The notes beneath the pieces were generated by a model. It had not been told where the DNA came from. It saw only the letters and a program-made list of their open reading frames with translations, and searched no databases. Below, piece after piece: positions 7,971 to 12,152 of a stretch of DNA of 12,152 nucleotides (the stretch's first letter is position 1; the number at the start of each line of letters is the position of its first letter). The DNA is taken from contig JAVRLY010000038.1 of NCBI GenBank assembly GCA_031960885.1, positions 1-12,152 on the forward strand. The letters run 5' to 3'. The stretch comes from Desulfurella sp. (GTDB taxonomy: Bacteria > Campylobacterota_A > Desulfurellia > Desulfurellales > Desulfurellaceae). A program made the translations under genes and the position numbers.

Positions 7971-9034
7971 CCAATAAAAAAGGCTTTACAATTATAGAAA
8001 TTGTAGTTACGCTATTTATAGTTATGGCAGCTTTAGCTATTGGCTATTATACATTTGTCAAGGTATTAAAGCTTTCGATTTACCATTCAAGTACTCAAAA
8101 ATCCCAAATCAACACATTAATAGGAACAGCATTGTTAAGATACGATTGCGAGATGGCTGGCTACGGTCTAACCCAAAGCATACCCCAAAATGTTGACTCA
8201 AGCAATTATCAAGAAGCAATCTCTGACCAAGCTAAAACATTCAATAATGCTCCATCTCCACCATGGCCATTTCAAATAGGCTCTTACAACAACGCTTCTT
8301 ATTTAGTTATTCGCTCTACAATAGCAAACATAAATAATGCTTCGCGCAAATGGAGCATTTTATACTATGACGGCGCAAACTGGCAAATTCAAGGCTATAG
8401 TGATAATTTAAAATGGCCAAATAGCCAGTCAGACTATCATTTTCAAAAAGGCGTAGATGATAATAGCTATGTAATAATTTTACATGACAAAGAATTGTAT
8501 GCAAAACAAAGAGGTTTGTATTACTTTAAACTTAGCACGCTTCCACAAAATGCAAATATTCCTCCATCTGGTTTTACTTATATTGTCTATGGCGTAGATC
8601 CAGATACGCAGCTTCGTATGCCTTTTAATAGGGTTGATTATTATTTGGATAACAAAAATATGCCAAATATTTGCGCGCCTAATACATTTGAGCTATATAG
8701 GGCTACTATAAACCAAAACAATGGCAGTATTAACCCACAGCCGCTTTTGGATTGCGTTGCAAAGTTTGAAGTAGCGCTAAAAAGTGGCAATGTTTGGTAT
8801 ACACGCAAAAATCCGCTTCCAGACTTAAATAGCTCTCTAAATGTACAAGAAGTGAGGATTTTTATTGTACAACAATCTGGTAAATTAGACCCAAGTTATA
8901 CAAATACAAGTCCAATTACACTGGGCGACAAAGATACAGGGGTGTTGAGCACATTTGTGCCAACCGGCAATCAAGTGCATTATCAATGGAAAACAATCAT
9001 ATTATCAGTTAGACCGAGGAATTTAGTGCAATGA
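7967..9034 (+). CDS. pilW: PilW-like minor pilin
   Basis: MTNKKG|FTIIE and LLRYDCEMAGYG (the PilW/GspJ D-x-x-xAGY motif). ATGA overlaps with both neighbours. Confidence 0.82.
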   Translation: MTNKKGFTIIEIVVTLFIVMAALAIGYYTFVKVLKLSIYHSSTQKSQINTLIGTALLRYDCEMAGYGLTQSIPQNVDSSNYQEAISDQAKTFNNAPSPPWPFQIGSYNNASYLVIRSTIANINNASRKWSILYYDGANWQIQGYSDNLKWPNSQSDYHFQKGVDDNSYVIILHDKELYAKQRGLYYFKLSTLPQNANIPPSGFTYIVYGVDPDTQLRMPFNRVDYYLDNKNMPNICAPNTFELYRATINQNNGSINPQPLLDCVAKFEVALKSGNVWYTRKNPLPDLNSSLNVQEVRIFIVQQSGKLDPSYTNTSPITLGDKDTGVLSTFVPTGNQVHYQWKTIILSVRPRNLVQ

Positions 9035-9549
9035 AAAAACCAAATGCAAAACAAAATGGTATAGCGTTAATCGTGGCCATATTGCTTAGTTTTATGATGT
9101 TGACATTAATTGGCGCACTGCTTTGGCTAGTAGTGTCTGGTACAAAAATGAGTGGTATGTACAAGCAATATGCAAGCGCTCACGATGCAGCCGTTGGTGG
9201 CGCAGAAGTAATGATAGATGCCCTCTATTGGGGACAAAACCCAAATCTTCCCGAAGGCACCTATGATATAAAAGACCCCAATTGTTTTAGAACAAAAAGA
9301 GAAAACCCTGTGCAATATTGGGGCAATTGTTTGAATAGCTCACCAGACATTACAATAAATTTTGGTAAAATAAATTCAAGTAGCGATTTTTACACAGTAT
9401 ATGTTACAATAACATCAACGGCTGTTGTGCCGGGTTGTGCTGCAAGTAATACTAATCCAAAATACTATTATGCTATATCCATAGACGCATCAAATTCTAC
9501 TAAGCTTGACAAAAGCAGTATTGATTTTGTTTACGCTTTAGGCCAGTAA
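9031..9549 (+). CDS. pilX: PilX-like minor pilin
   Basis: KQNG|IALIVAILL lacks Glu+5, the PilX/GspK hallmark. Also carries AHDAAVGG. Confidence 0.82.
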   Translation: MKKPNAKQNGIALIVAILLSFMMLTLIGALLWLVVSGTKMSGMYKQYASAHDAAVGGAEVMIDALYWGQNPNLPEGTYDIKDPNCFRTKRENPVQYWGNCLNSSPDITINFGKINSSSDFYTVYVTITSTAVVPGCAASNTNPKYYYAISIDASNSTKLDKSSIDFVYALGQ

Positions 9550-9557
9550 AAAAAGTA

Positions 9558-9586
9558 TTGACAATTTATTGAATAAGTGGTAAAAG
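9558..9586 (+). promoter_or_regulatory. Candidate promoter for the spe operon
   Basis: TTGACA (9558-9563), 17 nt, TAAAAG (9581-9586), preceded by an extended -10 TG. AAGGAGG SD at 9644-9650. Confidence 0.5.
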
Positions 9587-9658
9587 GTTAAACCGTATTT
9601 TGAAGTTGCTTGCAATATGTAAGCGGCAAAAAAATTTTGTTTTAAGGAGGGCACATGG

Positions 9659-10057
9659 GTGAAGGCACTCGGGAGGCATATTTTAGCGGAGTACTTTAGC
9701 TGTGATAAAGATATCTTAAATGATGTTGCGGCTTTGGAAAAATTTTTGAACGATGCAGCAAAAGCTGCAAATGCTACTGTTATTTCTTCGTCTTTTCGCA
9801 CCTTCCAACCTTTTGGCGTAAGCGGTATAGTTATAATAGCTGAATCTCACTTGGCAATACACACTTGGCCTGAGTATGGTTATGCTGCCATAGACTTTTT
9901 TACCTGTGGAGATTCGGCAGACCCGTGGAAGGCTCATGAGTATTTAAAAAATCTTCTTAAACCACTTTATACCAAAGAACAAGAGGTATTAAGGGGTGTG
10001 CTTGACTTAGAGCATTTTACTTACAAAGCACAATGTAATATGGCGGTAGGGCAATGA
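9659..10057 (+). CDS. speD: S-adenosylmethionine decarboxylase proenzyme (class 1b, SpeH/SpeD)
   Basis: GTG start. Motifs LGRHILAE, FQPFGVSG, the AE|SH pyruvoyl cleavage site, HTWPEYGYAA and DFFTCG. Confidence 0.95.
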   Translation: MKALGRHILAEYFSCDKDILNDVAALEKFLNDAAKAANATVISSSFRTFQPFGVSGIVIIAESHLAIHTWPEYGYAAIDFFTCGDSADPWKAHEYLKNLLKPLYTKEQEVLRGVLDLEHFTYKAQCNMAVGQ

Positions 10058-10536
10058 TAGATATTTTTGCAAAAGTGCCAAATATTTATAAATTAGCATC
10101 ATCTCATGCAGAAGGGATAAGTGTTTTAAACGCATTTGACATTGCTTTGTTAGAAAGCGGTATAGGCAATACAAACCTTGTTAAAATGAGTTCAATTTTG
10201 CCGCCAAATTGCGAATACGATGACCATATTGCCCCTCCTTTAGGTGCGCTTGTGCCAGTTGCCTATGCGTCAATTGTTTCAAGTAAAAAAGGCCAAAAGA
10301 TTGCAGCTGCCGTTGCAGCGGCTATTCCCAAGGATAAAACAAAAAACGGCCTTATTATGGAATATGAGGATTACGATATTACAAAACAACAAGCCGAAGA
10401 AACCGTTATTAAAATGGCCCGTTGGGGTATGGAGAAAAGGGGCTACGAAATAGAGCGGATAGTGAGCATTGCTGCCGAACATACAGTTGAAGAAAATGGT
10501 TGCGCATTTGCTTGCGTTATTTTGTGGTGGAAATGA
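10054..10536 (+). CDS. pdaD: Pyruvoyl-dependent arginine decarboxylase
   Basis: LNAFDIALLESGIGNTNLVKMS|SILPP (Ser-Ser self-cleavage site) and GLIMEY. ATGA overlap with speD. Confidence 0.92.
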   Translation: MIDIFAKVPNIYKLASSHAEGISVLNAFDIALLESGIGNTNLVKMSSILPPNCEYDDHIAPPLGALVPVAYASIVSSKKGQKIAAAVAAAIPKDKTKNGLIMEYEDYDITKQQAEETVIKMARWGMEKRGYEIERIVSIAAEHTVEENGCAFACVILWWK

Positions 10537-11360
10537 ACTTTTACTGCGCAAATGCTCCTTTTGAAAAGGCTAATATAGTAATTGTGGGTGTGCCGTACGA
10601 TGGCACATCCTCTTTTAGGCCGGGTTCTCGGTTTGCACCAAATGCAATTAGAGAACACTCAAGCGGTATAGAATCATACTCACCTTACTTTGATAAAGAT
10701 CTAAGAGATAAGAAAATTTGTGATGTTGGCGATTTGCCTTTGCCGTTTGGCGACAAAGAGCTTGTGCTTGATATCATTGAAAAGTTTTCTTCAAAACTTA
10801 TTAAAAACAAAAAAAAGCTTTTGTCAATTGGGGGAGAACATCTCATTAGCTACCCTCTTGTTAAAACGTTTGCCAAAAAGTATGATGACCTTGTAGTTGT
10901 ACAGTTAGATGCTCACAGTGACTTGATTGATTCGTATCGTTCAGAAAAATTTTCTCATGCGACTGTGCTTAGGCGGATATGTGAGTTGATTGGTTTTGAT
11001 AATGTTTATCAGCTTGGAATTAGAAGCTTAAATAGTAGTGACCTGAATTTGCCAAAAAGAAAAGAAAATATGTGCTTATTTAACCTTGATAAGGCAAGTG
11101 AGTATGTAGGGCAAATAGGCTCAAAACCTGTTTATTTAACAATAGATTTAGATGTGCTTGACCCATCTATTTTTGCGGGGACTGGGACGCCTGAGCCAGG
11201 TGGCGTTACATATAAAGAGTTAATTTATTGTTTGCAGCAATTAAGCGCTTTGAATATCGTAGGATGCGATGTCGTTGAACTATCACCGCAGTATGACACA
11301 AGCCATGTTTCAACTATTGTAGCAGCAAGCGTAATTAGAGAAATATTGTGTATTTTATAG
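10533..11360 (+). CDS. speB: Agmatinase (ureohydrolase family)
   Basis: GVPYDGTSSFRPGSRFAP, GGEH, DAHSD, SHA, DLDVLD, GTGTPEPGG and DVVEL. The likely start is the ATG at 10533 overlapping the pdaD TGA, not the tracked TTG at 10500. Confidence 0.95.
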   Translation: MNFYCANAPFEKANIVIVGVPYDGTSSFRPGSRFAPNAIREHSSGIESYSPYFDKDLRDKKICDVGDLPLPFGDKELVLDIIEKFSSKLIKNKKKLLSIGGEHLISYPLVKTFAKKYDDLVVVQLDAHSDLIDSYRSEKFSHATVLRRICELIGFDNVYQLGIRSLNSSDLNLPKRKENMCLFNLDKASEYVGQIGSKPVYLTIDLDVLDPSIFAGTGTPEPGGVTYKELIYCLQQLSALNIVGCDVVELSPQYDTSHVSTIVAASVIREILCIL

Positions 11361-11963
11361 AAAATCCACGGGTATATCTTCAAATTTTTCTACGCACAAA
11401 TCCACATGTTGCGATTTGTTTTTGTTGACGAGTATTGTTTTTAAGCCAAAAAGCTTTGCTGTAAGAAGGTTTTGTTCCATATCGTCAACCATTGTGTAAT
11501 GTAGAGCTTTGTGTTTTTGCAATACTTTTATATATGGTTGTTTGTTTGGTTTTGCTATAAATTCTGCCTCTATGATATCAAATATATCATCAAATTCGTT
11601 TAATACATCAAGACGCTCAAGAACATTTTTAGCATGTTTTTTTGGTGCGCTGGTAAAGATTACTTTTATGCCTTTTATGGCTTTGAGTTTTTCCTTGATG
11701 ATGTTGTTTGGCTCAATAGACGATAAATCTACATTATGAGCAAAATCCAAAAATTCATAAGGGTTTATATTGAAGTGTTTCATTAAACCCATAAGCGTAG
11801 AACCATATGTTTTAACATAATCAGAGCGCAATTTATCTATTAAATCTTCACCTATTTTTAGGCGTGTTTTTATAAAAACTTTAATATTGTAGTTTATTTC
11901 ATCAAATATGCCAGTTTTGGGGTCATAGAGCGTTTTATCTAAATCTATTAGAATTACTTTCAC
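11355..11963 (-). CDS. HAD-superfamily hydrolase, pyrimidine 5'-nucleotidase-like
   Basis: Motif I DLDKTLY, cap YGSTLMGL, motif II FTSA, motif III KP and motif IV VDDMEQNL. The likely start is GTG at 11963 (MKVILIDLD). The 3' end overlaps speB by 6 nt. Confidence 0.85.
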   Translation of the reverse strand: MKVILIDLDKTLYDPKTGIFDEINYNIKVFIKTRLKIGEDLIDKLRSDYVKTYGSTLMGLMKHFNINPYEFLDFAHNVDLSSIEPNNIIKEKLKAIKGIKVIFTSAPKKHAKNVLERLDVLNEFDDIFDIIEAEFIAKPNKQPYIKVLQKHKALHYTMVDDMEQNLLTAKLFGLKTILVNKNKSQHVDLCVEKFEDIPVDFL

Positions 11964-12015
11964 GCATTTATTTGTAGCATAAAATGCAATGCAATTCAAT
12001 ATAATTAGAATATTC

Positions 12016-12044
12016 TTGACAATAAATCAAATTGGTAATATAAC
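12016..12044 (+). promoter_or_regulatory. Candidate promoter for surE
   Basis: TTGACA (12016-12021), 17 nt, TATAAC (12039-12044). Confidence 0.55.
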
Positions 12045-12055
12045 AAACACATGTT

Positions 12056-12152
12056 ATGAGAATTTTGCTCACAAACGATGATGGATATTTTTCAGAAGGC
12101 ATAAAGGGTTTAAAAGATTATTTGTCAACAGAGCATGAAGTTTTTATTGTAA
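12056..12152 (+). CDS. surE: 5'/3'-nucleotidase SurE, 5' fragment
   Basis: Hand-translated as [32 protein letters not shown], the diagnostic SurE N-terminus. Runs off the window end and is not in the ORF track. Confidence 0.93.
   Translation, partial: MRILLTNDDGYFSEGIKGLKDYLSTEHEVFIV

Noticed and set aside
9587..9633. SAM-II riboswitch call for the speD leader (AACCGTATT...TTGCAA...ATGTAAGC...A-run)
   Set aside because: The similarity is limited to short words. I cannot build the required P1 stem and pseudoknot, so it is kept only as a generic hairpin pending an Rfam scan.

Overview
AT-rich bacterial chromosomal window made up mostly of core genes. Gene content and style suggest a Desulfurellales/Campylobacterota- or deltaproteobacteria-like organism (inference only). 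On the minus strand at the left, a probable single transcript carries tRNA-Ser(TGA), tRNA-Ser(GCT), a YgjP/DUF45-type HExxH protein starting 5 nt after the tRNA CCA, and a BNR/sialidase-like ORF that runs off the left edge and is missing from the ORF track. Next come a COG4705/DUF347 membrane protein (+) convergent with nikR (-), and a translationally coupled type IV pilus tip/minor-pilin operon: small secreted protein, pilY1, fimT/U, pilV, pilW, pilX. These are followed by a polyamine operon, speD-pdaD-speB, with no spermidine synthase, then a HAD pyrimidine 5'-nucleotidase-like gene (-) and the 5' end of surE (+). No mobile element, CRISPR array or defence system is evident. The most unusual signal is an in-frame mosaic of 21-bp (GQFVLTP) repeats expanding inside the PilY1 vWA domain. 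Other points of interest are a degenerate PilY1 Ca2+ loop, a PilY2-like partner gene, and several non-canonical translation-initiation layouts at speD, surE, the HAD gene and the tRNA-linked gene.
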